Source: Calcarisporiella thermophila CBS 279.70 (Eukaryota; Fungi; Calcarisporiellomycota). Taken from it: DNA of 64,000 nucleotides. Made by a program: the position numbers and the translations under genes. This document shows, one piece after another, positions 13,047-23,966 of this stretch. Where the stretch lies: assembly GCF_041956535.1 (NCBI RefSeq), contig NW_027192196.1, forward strand, positions 602,759-666,758. Reading direction: 5' to 3'. The notes beneath the pieces are model-generated. The model ran no database searches. It worked only from the letters and a program-made list of their open reading frames with translations, and was not told where the DNA came from. Each line of letters begins with the position of its first letter. Position 1 is the stretch's first letter.

Positions 13047-13896
13047 TAGGTGAAGGATCAATGAAAACGAGAGACTCCTACAGGAGAGGGAAACCTTTTG
13101 TTTTATCAACCAAGCTATTATACCATTTTCTTATAATAAATAGGTTTTAGTTTATGAAAGTTTGGCTCCTCACATAACGTTAGTGAAGCTTCAGACAATT
13201 GATTGTCACCATAGAAAATTGAATATAAATCTTCCAAACCACAACTGCCTAATGAAGGTAAGCCCAATTATTTTTGTTAACATTAAACTATATTCAATTT
13301 TTTTTTTTACTTTCGGGTTTTAGTCGAACATGCTGTCAAATAGGTGGGGATATTGAATTAAATATAACTTTCAGCTGACGCTCCCCTTTGAAGAAATCTG
13401 CAACGCTTTTTTCTATCATGCTGAGAAAGCCCGGATGTTTGATAAATTCATTATCTGGTATGTCAAGTATTGGAAACCCAAAACAAAATATAGGATGCTA
13501 TCTCCCCCCCCCATTTTGGGCTTAGAGGTCCCATTGCAGTCTATGGAATATCTAATTAGACATGTCATCGAACACATATCAGAGATAACTACCGGAATTG
13601 ATAAGAAAAAAGAAATTCGAATTTGAATGAATTCTATTTTTGTTCTCTTGTTGTGTGAGATAACTCTCCTCTCCTCACATGTCATTCCTATCACGGAAAT
13701 TCACACTTGAAGATCGATAAAAAAATTAGATCATAATTTATAGATTGGTAATAGATTATAATTCGGGGAGAGAAGGCGGGGAGCGGGGTAATAAATGAAA
13801 TTGACAAATGTAAAAATGCAAGAGACTATACTGATGTATTTATATGTGTATGTATATAATTATAATTTAGGATAGCACGGGGTTAAGCCTATTGGA

Positions 13897-15405
13897 TTAA
13901 GAGCGCAATTTGTTCAAAATCGTGCCGGGTATCCAGCCCCCATGTATACGCAAGCCCAGACTCAGGACCATTACGCCAAGCACGATGTAGCCAACGCACA
14001 TAAAGGCTCCCAAATAATCCTTGCCATAGATTCCGAAGACAGCATTAAAGATGACCCCTCCAATATTTCCTCCAGCGCCAATGAGACCAGCAACGGCGCC
14101 GGTGCGGCCAGGGTCAATGAACGGCACGATACCGAAGGTAGTGCCGCATGCGGCCTGCACAAAATAGGAGAACAAGATCATGAGTGCAATGGCCGCCCCA
14201 ATGGAGTTGCCCGCCCCCAGCCCAAAAGCAATGAGCGTCACGCCTTCCAGCGTCATGATCAGGATATGGGCTATAAGGCGTCCATTGATTTGGCCATGCG
14301 GCGACCGCATCCGTCGGTTGAAGAAGTCGGAGAGCAGCCCTCCGCTCGCTCGCGAGAACAAGTTCATCAACCCAAAAATCGAGCCTATGATTCCGGACAG
14401 GGTTTGATCCAGCTTATAGTGCTCGTGGAAGAACTCTCCGATCACGTTGTCCACGGCCAGTTCGAGGCCGAAGCTGCATGCATACACAAGCATGAGAAGC
14501 ACCACGTTTGGATTGAGGAGGTGGGTGACAAGGGAGAGCAGAATGCTGCCCATGCTCGCAAGGAGGCCCTTCTTCTCGATGGGGGGTGGGGCATCTTCGA
14601 GGGAAGTGCTGGCCTCCGAGTCGGTATCCGAGGAGACGACGGTTTTTTCTCCGTCGGTGATGATCACGCTGGTGTCGGTCTTGACGTTGGCGACATGGCG
14701 CTTGGTGTCCTGGACTGGTCCTTCCCGTTTTAAGCGCCAGTGCCCTCCGGGCCAGTCGTCGGAAAACAAGAAGACGAAGATTCCCACGAGTATGCAAATG
14801 AAAGCAGGGACAAGTAGAGTGACCCGCCATGCCAAATTATCGGTTAGGCCCATCAACTTAAAGAGCTGGAAGACCAGCGGCATCACGAGGTAGGTGATCC
14901 CCGCGCCCATGTTTCCCCATCCGCCCACGAATGCATTCGCAGAGCCGACTATGGGGGGAGAGAACATCTGTGTGGTCCAGAACTGACAGGGGACAAAAGC
15001 AGCCCCCAGAATGCCGATGAAGAAACGAACGGCAATTAGGCCGTTTCCGTTCGAGACTAGCCCCGCAAAAGCGGTCGGGATGGCACCGACAATCAGCAGG
15101 GAGGCCATGACCCGCCGGGGCCCGAAGAGATCGCACAGCGGCCCGATGAGTATGCGGGCGAGAATGGTGGCGGAGACCGAGGTCATATTGGCGCTGGCTG
15201 CCTGGGCCGGGGTGATCTGCAGCTCTTTCTTGATCGTGGGCATGAGTGGGGAGATGGAGAACCAGCTGAAGAAGGCAACCATGAAAGCAAGCCATGAGAA
15301 GTGGAATGCGCGCATGTAGGGCCGCCCTACGGAAAACAGTTTGATGCGGAGGGCCTTGTTCTTGGCATCGGTCGGGATAGAATTGCGAAATATAAATATG
15401 GACAT
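13897..15405 (-). CDS. NRT2: High-affinity nitrate/nitrite transporter (NRT2/NNP family MFS)
   Basis: Intronless, about 502 aa. MRAFHFSW, nitrate signatures GGWGNMGAG and GAGGNIGG, conserved Arg in LARIL and FSRASGG, ACSFGLEL. Confidence 0.96.
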   Translation of the reverse strand: MSIFIFRNSIPTDAKNKALRIKLFSVGRPYMRAFHFSWLAFMVAFFSWFSISPLMPTIKKELQITPAQAASANMTSVSATILARILIGPLCDLFGPRRVMASLLIVGAIPTAFAGLVSNGNGLIAVRFFIGILGAAFVPCQFWTTQMFSPPIVGSANAFVGGWGNMGAGITYLVMPLVFQLFKLMGLTDNLAWRVTLLVPAFICILVGIFVFLFSDDWPGGHWRLKREGPVQDTKRHVANVKTDTSVIITDGEKTVVSSDTDSEASTSLEDAPPPIEKKGLLASMGSILLSLVTHLLNPNVVLLMLVYACSFGLELAVDNVIGEFFHEHYKLDQTLSGIIGSIFGLMNLFSRASGGLLSDFFNRRMRSPHGQINGRLIAHILIMTLEGVTLIAFGLGAGNSIGAAIALMILFSYFVQAACGTTFGIVPFIDPGRTGAVAGLIGAGGNIGGVIFNAVFGIYGKDYLGAFMCVGYIVLGVMVLSLGLRIHGGWIPGTILNKLRS

Positions 15406-16049
15406 GGAAAGCAAATTGGGGGCCTTTAGGACGAGGGTGGTGGAAGGATACTTTGAAAACCTCCTTCTGTAAAATGTCAGGATCGAGGGTTCATTTTAAG
15501 CGCAGCCTATTTATATGCTTTTTTGACTTGGTCTGTGATCTGAATTTTTTTCAATATATATCTAATCTGCTTAACCAGCGATTAAGTGAAAAAAAAAGAT
15601 GGAGAAACATCTGCGGCCAAATTACACGCCCTGTTTGGAGAGCCAGGCTGATACGTTACCATCCGCTGAACTGATAGGAGCCACGAATTCGAGTAATCGG
15701 AGAGTCGATCGGGGGACCGAAATTATGTAAAACTTGATCCAAAACCAACGAAAAATCCTTTGCAACCTTAAGTTTGCGGAGGAAATTAAGCTTGGGGGAA
15801 TGCGTGCAAAAGAAGCGTGTCCCCGTCACTTTCCCGCCTTCAATCTTCGGAGGCATAGGTTTTGGTAAGCCGGGTGGGGCGAACTGCACCCGGTGATAGG
15901 CACAGTTAGCTTGTCTGCACATGACGACATGTGGGTCGCGTTATCTACCGCTTGCTCTCCCGCCCCCATCACCTCAAGAACACCCGGTGTTCGAGATGCA
16001 TGAGGAAGTGCCATGGTCAACTAGGGGGAAAACTTCTGTTTACGAATTT

Positions 16050-16265
16050 GTTTGAAAGATAGGCTGTTTGGTTTCCTCCGTAGAAGCTCCGTTTGTTTGT
16101 TTGTGTATTTGTTTCTTTTTATCAATTGATATGCACCTGAAAAAAACGAGTATCAATTGATAAAAGGCAAAAGGGTGAACTTTCCGAGAAGACTATCTAT
16201 CCCCTATATCATGACGGTCAAATTTGAGACCGCCCTTGATAACCAATCGTCATTATCTTATCCAC
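16050..16265. promoter_or_regulatory. GATA (AreA/NIT2-type) site cluster in the NRT2-nitrate reductase bidirectional promoter
   Basis: Multiple HGATAR sites, including two TATCAATTGATA palindromes (16120-16131, 16151-16162). CTCCG half-sites near 16076 and 16087. Confidence 0.65.
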
Positions 16266-17037
16266 ATGTCAAAATCGTTAACTAGAATTTTTGACAGGGT
16301 TGGAAATTCGGTGCTTTCTGAAACAACAGGTGGTGAGAGTTGATTTCAGAGCCCTTCTACTACCTAGACTAGACAAGTTGCGGAAGAGGACCCTAAGTCA
16401 ACCAGGCTGTGTCCTAGGAACCTAGCGACTCCTTTTGCACTGCTAAAATTTTTTCCTATGCTCATACGAGGAAGCAATTGCTTTGCATTGATCCACAGAC
16501 TGTTAATTCTTGTCTTCTTGGCGTCATTTTGATTTGTGGGCCTGTTGACCACGACCTAAGGGTTCAAGACCTAGGTTTCATTCTGAATCTCATCGGGCAA
16601 AAGTTCCTATCATGTCTAATTAATACACCACCAGTTCTTTATCACGCTCAGAATCTTGTAATCTTCAAAGCCTCTAATCGCTGTTATCGGGCCTTGGATA
16701 TCCGGCCAATCACGGGGCCACGACAAGAAACCTCATCACGGTAGCCGTGAGCGAATTTCGAATACGAACTCCAATCGGGGAGGGGGTGTCATACACTAGG
16801 CACAATGGCCGTGTTAAAATAACAACTCCCTATATAGAAAATAAACAAATATTTCATATCTCAATTGATCCTATAAATCCCTCTGGCGGTGCCTTCTCGA
16901 AACATTTCCGTGTTTCTCTTCCCCAATTCCTCTTCCCCCCTCCCCCGTCTTCTGTTCGTTTGTTTGTTCGTTTGTTTGTTTGTTCGTTGCATGCTCATCG
17001 TTCTCCTATCTCAACTTCCCCTCCAAGTCTAAACAAG

Positions 17038-19727
17038 ATGTCTCCCCCCTCCCTAAGTCCTGTTTGCTTGACCCCTCCTCCTCCCAAGAGGTCCATCCCG
17101 CTGTCCCCACCACACCCCTCCATCAAAGAGCCATCCGACAAGGTGGACGAGAGAGATTTGAAGACGCCTGACTGCTGGGTGAAGCGGCATCCGGACATGG
17201 TGCGGCTGACCGGTAAGCACCCCTTCAACGCCGAGGCCCCCCTCTCCAAGCTGATGGCTGCGGGCTTCTTCACCCCCACTCCGCTTCACTACGTACGAAA
17301 CCACGGCGCAGTCCCAAAGCTCGCCTGGCACCAGCACACACTAGAGATCACTGGGTAAGTGTATGGCGCAAGCAGCTTGAAGCAATATGGCCTGGTCATA
17401 GAAGCAGATACTAAACTTTGTATTGCTCCTGTCCTGTACTAGCCTTGTCGACAAACCCATCATCTTCTCCATGGATGAGATTGAGCAGATGCCATCAGTG
17501 ACCTTGCCTGTAACGATGGTGTGCGCAGGCAACCGACGCAAGGAGCAGAACATGGTCAAGCAAACCATTGGATTTAACTGGGGTGCAGCTGCCGTGTCCA
17601 CTGCTGTGTGGAAAGGAGTACCACTAAGATACGTGCTTAACCTCTGCGGTGTGCAAAGCAGTGCAAGATGGGTTTGCTTCGAGGGTGCAGACAAGTTGCC
17701 GAAGGGATACTATGGAACCTCCATCAGCGTTGAACGAGCAATGGGCGAGTACAATGATGTATTACTTGCCTATGAAATGAATGGCGAGCGACTGCATCCC
17801 GATCATGGCTTCCCATTGCGGACGATACTGCCGGGGTGCATAGGAGGTCGCACCGTCAAATGGTTGAAGAAAATCACATTAACAATAGATGAGGTATGAA
17901 CTATATCGCCCACGGAAATTTTATTTAGTTGTCTTAAACCTAATATCCTGTTCTATAACTTGAAAGTCGGATAACTACTATCATATCTATGATAACCGGG
18001 TCCTTCCCTCCACCTACGACGCTGAGAGAGCCAATAAAGAGAATGCTTGGAGCAATCCCGACTTCGTCATCAATGAGCTTAATACAAACAGTACCATAAC
18101 AAGCCCTGCCCATGACGAGGTCTTACCCCTCACACCAGGGAAACTAGACTCCAACTATACCGTCGGCGGCTATGCGTACAGCGGAGGAGGCAAGAAGGTG
18201 ACCCGTGTAGAGGCGTCTCTCGATGACGGGAAAACTTGGATCGATGGCACGGTCTATCACCCTGAGGAGAAATTGAGCCCGGTTGCCGGACGCCGGTATT
18301 GGTGCTGGGCTTTTTGGAGCGCTGACATTCCTGTGCGGAAACTACTTCAATGCAAAGAGATCGTGTGCCGTGCGTGGGATAGTCATCATAACACTCAACC
18401 CGGGAAGCTGACGTGGAATGTAATGGGAATGATGAACAACTCCTGGTTCCGGGTGAAGGTGTCGCTCAGTGAGTTCAGTGTAAAGGGGCAGCCCCAATTT
18501 GGCTTGCGTTTCCAACATCCCACGGTACCAGGCAATCAGTCTGGCGGGTGGATGCCGCCTCCGGAGCAGCCCATTCCGGAAAAAAAGGAGGCTCCGATGG
18601 CAACCCCCGATCGAATCAGCGAAGGTGGCAGAACATTTTCGAAAGAAGAAATCGCCAAACATGACAAGGAGGATGACGTTTGGATCATTATTGAAGGCAA
18701 AGTCTATGACTGCACTCGCTTCCTCGAGGAACATCCCGGAGGAGCCGAGAGTATCATGCTCAACGCAGGAGGTGACGCAACCGAAGAGTTCAACGCGATC
18801 CACTCGAGCAAAGCCCACGACATGCTCAAGGATTATTATATTGGCGAAGTGAAGGAGAGTGGCAGCCGTCCAGTGCCTTCGGAGGACCTCCCGAAGGCCA
18901 ATGGCAAAGTGGACACAGTCCCCGTCACAACGGTGTTTCTTAGTCAGAGGGAGTGGAAAACCATGAAGCTCAAAGAGAAGCAAATTCTCTCGCACGACAC
19001 TCGTCTCTTCCGCTTTGAGTTCCCTGATTCAAGTATGCCGCTTGGGCTTCCGACTGGAAAGCACGTCCTCCTCAAAAGCCGTGGTACCCGTGAGACGCTC
19101 ATTCGCTCGTACACCCCCGTCAGCAAGGAGGATGCGCTTGGCCATGTGGATTTTGTGATTAAGGTGTATCGGCCCCTGCTACCTCACTTTCCTGAGGGCG
19201 GCAAGTTCAGCCAGTGGCTTGATGCGATGCAACCAGGAGATGAAATCGACATCAAAGGGCCGACGGGATCCTTCCTCTACGAAGGCAGGGGTCGATGGGC
19301 TCATGGGAAACAGTCCGGCCAAGCCAAACGCATCGGGATGATCTGCGGCGGGACGGGAATAACTCCCATTTTCCAGGTCCTTCGGGCCGTGGCAGAAGCC
19401 ATAAAGCACGGTGACACCACCGAAGTGAACGTCATCTATGCCAATCGCACGGAAGATGACATTCTGCTGTACCAAGAACTGAGCGCTTATGAGGCAGCTC
19501 ACCCGAGCCAGATCAAAATATGGTACACACTCAACAATCCCCCAGCTGGCTGGGCCTATAGCGAAGGATATGTCAACGAAACTATGATCCGCGAGCATAT
19601 ATTCCCGGACTGCCACGATCACTCTGATACTATCTTGCTTTTGTGCGGGCCTCCCCCAATGCTCCAGCTCGCGTGTCTGCCCAACATCGAAAAGGTGTTT
19701 GGCGACATTCGCACCTTCATTTTTTGA
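17038..19727 (+). CDS. niaD: Assimilatory NAD(P)H nitrate reductase (Moco, dimerisation, cytochrome b5 and FAD/NAD domains)
   Basis: RLTGKHPFNAE, LHYVRNHGAVP, Moco Cys in CAGNRRKEQN, WNVMGMMNN, b5 HPGG, RSYTP, GGTGITP, CGPPPM. 2 introns. Confidence 0.98.
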
Positions 19728-20542
19728 ACACCTACACTTTTATTTAATCTATAATGTAAATCCTCTCTTCCCATTTCCACAGCCGCTATTCTCACTTGTT
19801 CATGGCCATGCTATTGTAATATATACCATTTTATTTGAACACAGCTTCTCTATCCCCTCACCTCTTAACCAAAGTCTGGATATATGACATCATAAACCAT
19901 CTGCCGGATCCCAAGTAGTTCGGTTTCATGAATCCAATAGGCTTGAAGCCAAGCAGTCCAACCCCCTCGCACTTGTGTCTGCAAGCAACACGTTGCTTTC
20001 GCCTGCTTTGCGGACACTGGATGCACCGTCTCAAATGTATCCATTTCTAGTGGCATGCATTGCATTATCGCCTAGCATACTATCTTAGACCGAGCGTGCA
20101 TTTAGGCAGCCCCCTCACAATACATACAGAACGACATAGTGGAAAGTGTGAAGACCCTGAGCATTAGATCCAGCTGCCAACCTTGATGGGCCCAATCCCC
20201 CTGGCTCGATTCGGATAGAACGGGCATTTCGTATTCCTGTTCAGATGGCCGACCTTCCTCTTTTGGGTGATGCTAATCGGCTTGAATCAGCTTGCTCGGG
20301 AAATGGAAATCGTCCATGGTTGGAACGAGAGCTTGAGGTAAAGAATTTTTGATAAATATAGCAGTTTGAAAGCCCGCACAGGCGAAAAGCTTCATCGCGT
20401 ATAGGATCGACTTGTTGAAAAATAAAAAGCGCAAAATATAGCGTGTGCATTGACAAGAGTGTGAGCGAATGTGTGGGCGCTAAGATCTCTATATACGCTT
20501 AGATTATCAGAGCAGCCAAGATTGTAAAGACACTTTTAGACA

Positions 20543-22140
20543 ATGTCGGTCTATTCTCCCTCGATTCGTCCCCCTTCGCCCACCTCCTCTTTCCTCACCA
20601 CCAACACCACTGCCACCAATATCGCAGACCTCCCCGATGTCCCCGTCGTGCTGACACGCAAAGATCTCCGTGCCTCAGCCGATTCCTACGAAGAGCTGAT
20701 TCAGGCTGCCAAGCATTATCGCACGCAGATGGCAGCTCTGGCACAGGCGGCCGCCGATTTTGGTTGTGCTCTGGAAAATGTCGCAAGGAGTAAGGGCGCT
20801 TTGGAAGCGGGTAGGCTGAGAGTTCTTGAAGAGATGACCTTGCTTGAAGTGACGTTGAGCGATTTGCATTTTAGGTGCGGGCCTTCATGCTGCCGGTGCA
20901 TTTCACTTCTTGATATCGAACCATCAGCAGATCTTGGTGGATATCCTCTCTTCCAGCTTGCATCCCATTCTATTGAGTTACTTATCATTCCTTTATGCTA
21001 TTGTAGAGTGAGGCAATTTACAAACACTTTGAGGTACCCCTGATCGAGAATATTGAGCGCCATAAGAAGGAAATAAAGGTAGCTATCCCTCGATATTCCC
21101 CAGCCTTGAGCCTATGTACTTAAATGGCTTTGATCTCTTCTGTTAACCAAAGCAAAACCAAGAAGCGTATGACAAAAAGATGCGAGAGATGAGCGAGAAA
21201 ATCAAGAGGACAGAGGCGAAGAATTTTCGCAGCGGGCGACAGAGGCAACGAGGCGAGTTTCCACACTGCTCCCGGCTTTCCTGACCTTCGTCTCTAACCA
21301 TCCATTCTATGCCATCAGACCTGATTCAATTTAGGAGTGCACTGCGAGAGCTCACCCAGCAAGTCAATGAACTAGACCAGTTGAAATGCGAATATTACAA
21401 GCATGTTCTCAAGCTGGAACAGGACCACCTCGACACGACGCTCTCGCTAGCCACCACCGTTATTCGAGCCGAAGTGGATATCTATGAGCGTGTTGCCAAC
21501 AAAGGGCTTGCCGATCAACAACTCGAGCCGGTATGCATTGCTCTCATTGTGACACATGGACATGCGTTCGTTTTAACACTCTCGCTTTCTTATTGTTTCT
21601 CAGATGATCGCCACTGGATTCAACCCATTTAACTCGTATACGACGTCGGATGAATGCGAGCAGATTTTCAGCGTTCTTCCCCCCATGCATATCATTGCGT
21701 CCACTAAACCACCCTCTCTCCCCGAACACAATAAATACAACCACCATCTTTCCGATCTGGTGGACTTGGAAAACTCGTCGAGCGACGATTTTGGTCCTGA
21801 GGTGTCTACTGTAGATCAACGAGATAGCCACAGCAGCCATCACGATGGGAGCGATCCCATCCTACCCTCCGACCGGTTCCAACTGGAAAATGCGCCACGC
21901 ACGCCGAGCCCATCGAATGGAGACTCACCCGCGCCTTCACACCCTCCTCCCATATTAACCCCATCCACGACGTTTGATAGAACACTAGACTCACTATCCT
22001 CTTTTGGGAATCATGGGGACGATTTACAGGTTGTGCGCTCTGAGCTATCCAACCGATGCGATTCCCATCCGGAAGCGAGCGGCTTTGACTACAACCATCG
22101 CCAAGAGGAGCGATTGGACCACCACACTGGGACAGTATGA
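20543..22140 (+). CDS. Ivy1-like I-BAR phospholipid-binding protein
   Basis: YEELIQAAKHYRTQMAALAQAAADFGCALE, NHQQILSEAIYKHFEVPL, RDLIQFRSAL, AEVDIYE and IFSVLPP. 5 introns, one of them GC-AG. Confidence 0.85.
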
Positions 22141-22969
22141 GGATCTCGCCTCCTTCCTCCTCTCTCTGAAACCGCTATTTTTTTTATTTCATCTCTTCCT
22201 CCTACACTATACACACGGAATGTGTTTATATAAACATATCTAAGATGCATCATTAGAACATATATTTCTTTAATCCGCCTTTTTTTTCTGCGCCCTCTCT
22301 GAGTCGTTTTTAGTCGCGTTTGTTTGTTTATGTATAAACGGTATATTTCTACGTTGTTAGGTATTTGGTGTTATTGGTTTATTCCTTTCTTCTTCTTCTT
22401 CTTCTTCTTCAATATGTAATCTACCATAATATTCGTTTCTTTTTAAAAGTCTAATACACATGAGCCAGTTGTGGAAGTTTCTTCGGATAAGTTTTGCCAC
22501 GCTATGATCGATGGCTTGCATGCTTGTAGTCAACATGCGTGAACTCAAGATGGAACCAACAGAACCCTGGGAAATCCAGAAAGACTCTTAAAAAAGGCGT
22601 CGCAAGCAATTTCAATTTTGATTTACAATACCGGTTTTATTGATGCGAGGGGTTTTACCGACTCTATCCTATAGAAAAAATAAACCAACAGGACACAAGT
22701 TGTCGTGTCCTGAAAGGGAAACAAAAACCATCCTATAGAAAAACGAAAGATTTATTGATAGAGTTATCGGGGATTGGCAATTCTGGCCTCCCAGGAGGTT
22801 AAACTCTCTAGAAACTCCTTCCATGCTATGCCTGCACTTGCGCAGTCAATGGGCAACTCTATATGTTTCTATTTTCCGGCCAAGCTTAACCATCATCATT
22901 CCTCTTGGAAACGCTTTTGGAGAGGGGGAAATTATGTGACTGGATTCTCAGAAGAGAGCTTGTTCGATT

Positions 22970-22984
22970 TTTCGCGAAACTTCG
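22970..22984. promoter_or_regulatory. Perfect 3-unit heat shock element upstream of Hikeshi/OPI10
   Basis: tTTCgcGAAacTTCg (nTTCn-nGAAn-nTTCn), about 115 bp before the ATG at 23100. Confidence 0.6.
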
Positions 22985-23099
22985 ACGAAAAAATTTCCCC
23001 TTCAGCGCACGCTCTCCTAACACAACAGTCTATCTCAATTGTTAGCTCCATTCTGTTCTGCTTCTGTAAATAAACCGACTTGGACTTCCCCCTGCCCAT

Positions 23100-23966
23100 A
23101 TGTTTGGACTCATTGTCGCTGGCCGCCTAGTAAGTCCATCCTCCACGATTTGCTGTGTCCCGATGGCAATCTCCAAGAGCACGCATCGGCTCACGACCTC
23201 TTTCTCGTTGGTATGTATGTTTATAGGTACAAACCAATATCCAGCAGGTAGACGCGAACAAATTCGTGTTTGAATTGAGCGATGCCGCCAACATCAATCA
23301 CATTGTGGTGTTCTTGCTGGGCACGATCCCGTTCAAGCCCGGCTTTGCGGCCACTGTGCACTTCCAATGGCCAAACAAGCCGTGGCAGCTGCTAGGAATG
23401 TAAGCAAGCTAGTTCCAAGAAGAGAGGGCATCGAATGAATAGGCATGGCCTCTCCCTCGAAGGAAATGGATTGGATGCATTAACCACGGCATAAAATCTC
23501 ACCCCCCCCCCCTCTCTTTAGGATCTCTAATGAAAAACCGAGTGCTATCTTTCGCCTTCGCGGGACTAGCAATGCCAAATCAGATGTCTCGGGCGATATG
23601 GCCATGGAGAGCAGTGAGCCTATTTCCGCGACGCTTGGCATTTCCGTGGAGCCCGAGGAGCAAGTTCAGGCCCAGATTCAAGCACAACAGCAGTCGCAGG
23701 CTCAGCCCCAAACCGGAGCGCTTTCTGTCTTCCAGCAGTCGTCGTTGCTGGGCCCCAAGGCGGGGGAAGTTGGAGTGGCGGTTCAGAAGATCCTGCAGCA
23801 TCTCTACGACTACATCACAAGCTACGCGACAAGCGTGCTCCCTCCCGGAACCCCGGTCATCGGCGCTCTGAATGCTGGCAGCTATATACCATTGAAAGTG
23901 TTTGAGGAGTGGTATGCCGTGATTGGGAGGAAAGTGAGGGATCCGTCATTTTTGACCAAGGAATAG
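23100..23966 (+). CDS. OPI10: Hikeshi/Opi10 family Hsp70 nuclear import carrier
   Basis: MFGLIVAGRL|VQT..., INHIVVFLLG, WQLLGM|ISNEKPSAIF, ATLGISVEP, YIPLKVFEEWY...DPSFL. Confidence 0.93.

Noticed and set aside
13942-14733. Long antisense ORFs over NRT2 (likewise over the Sel1, Grainyhead, MDR and permease genes)
   Set aside because: Shadow ORFs from GC-rich codon usage, with no recognisable domains.
15425-15451. GTATCCTT (U12-like donor) on the minus strand upstream of NRT2
   Set aside because: The nearest AG gives an intron under 30 nt, there is no good branch site, and no frame requires splicing here.
20941-20950. ATATCCT inside an Ivy1 intron (a similar one at about 31562 in DIS3L intron 1)
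   Set aside because: Ordinary GT-AG boundaries already restore the conserved protein sequence.
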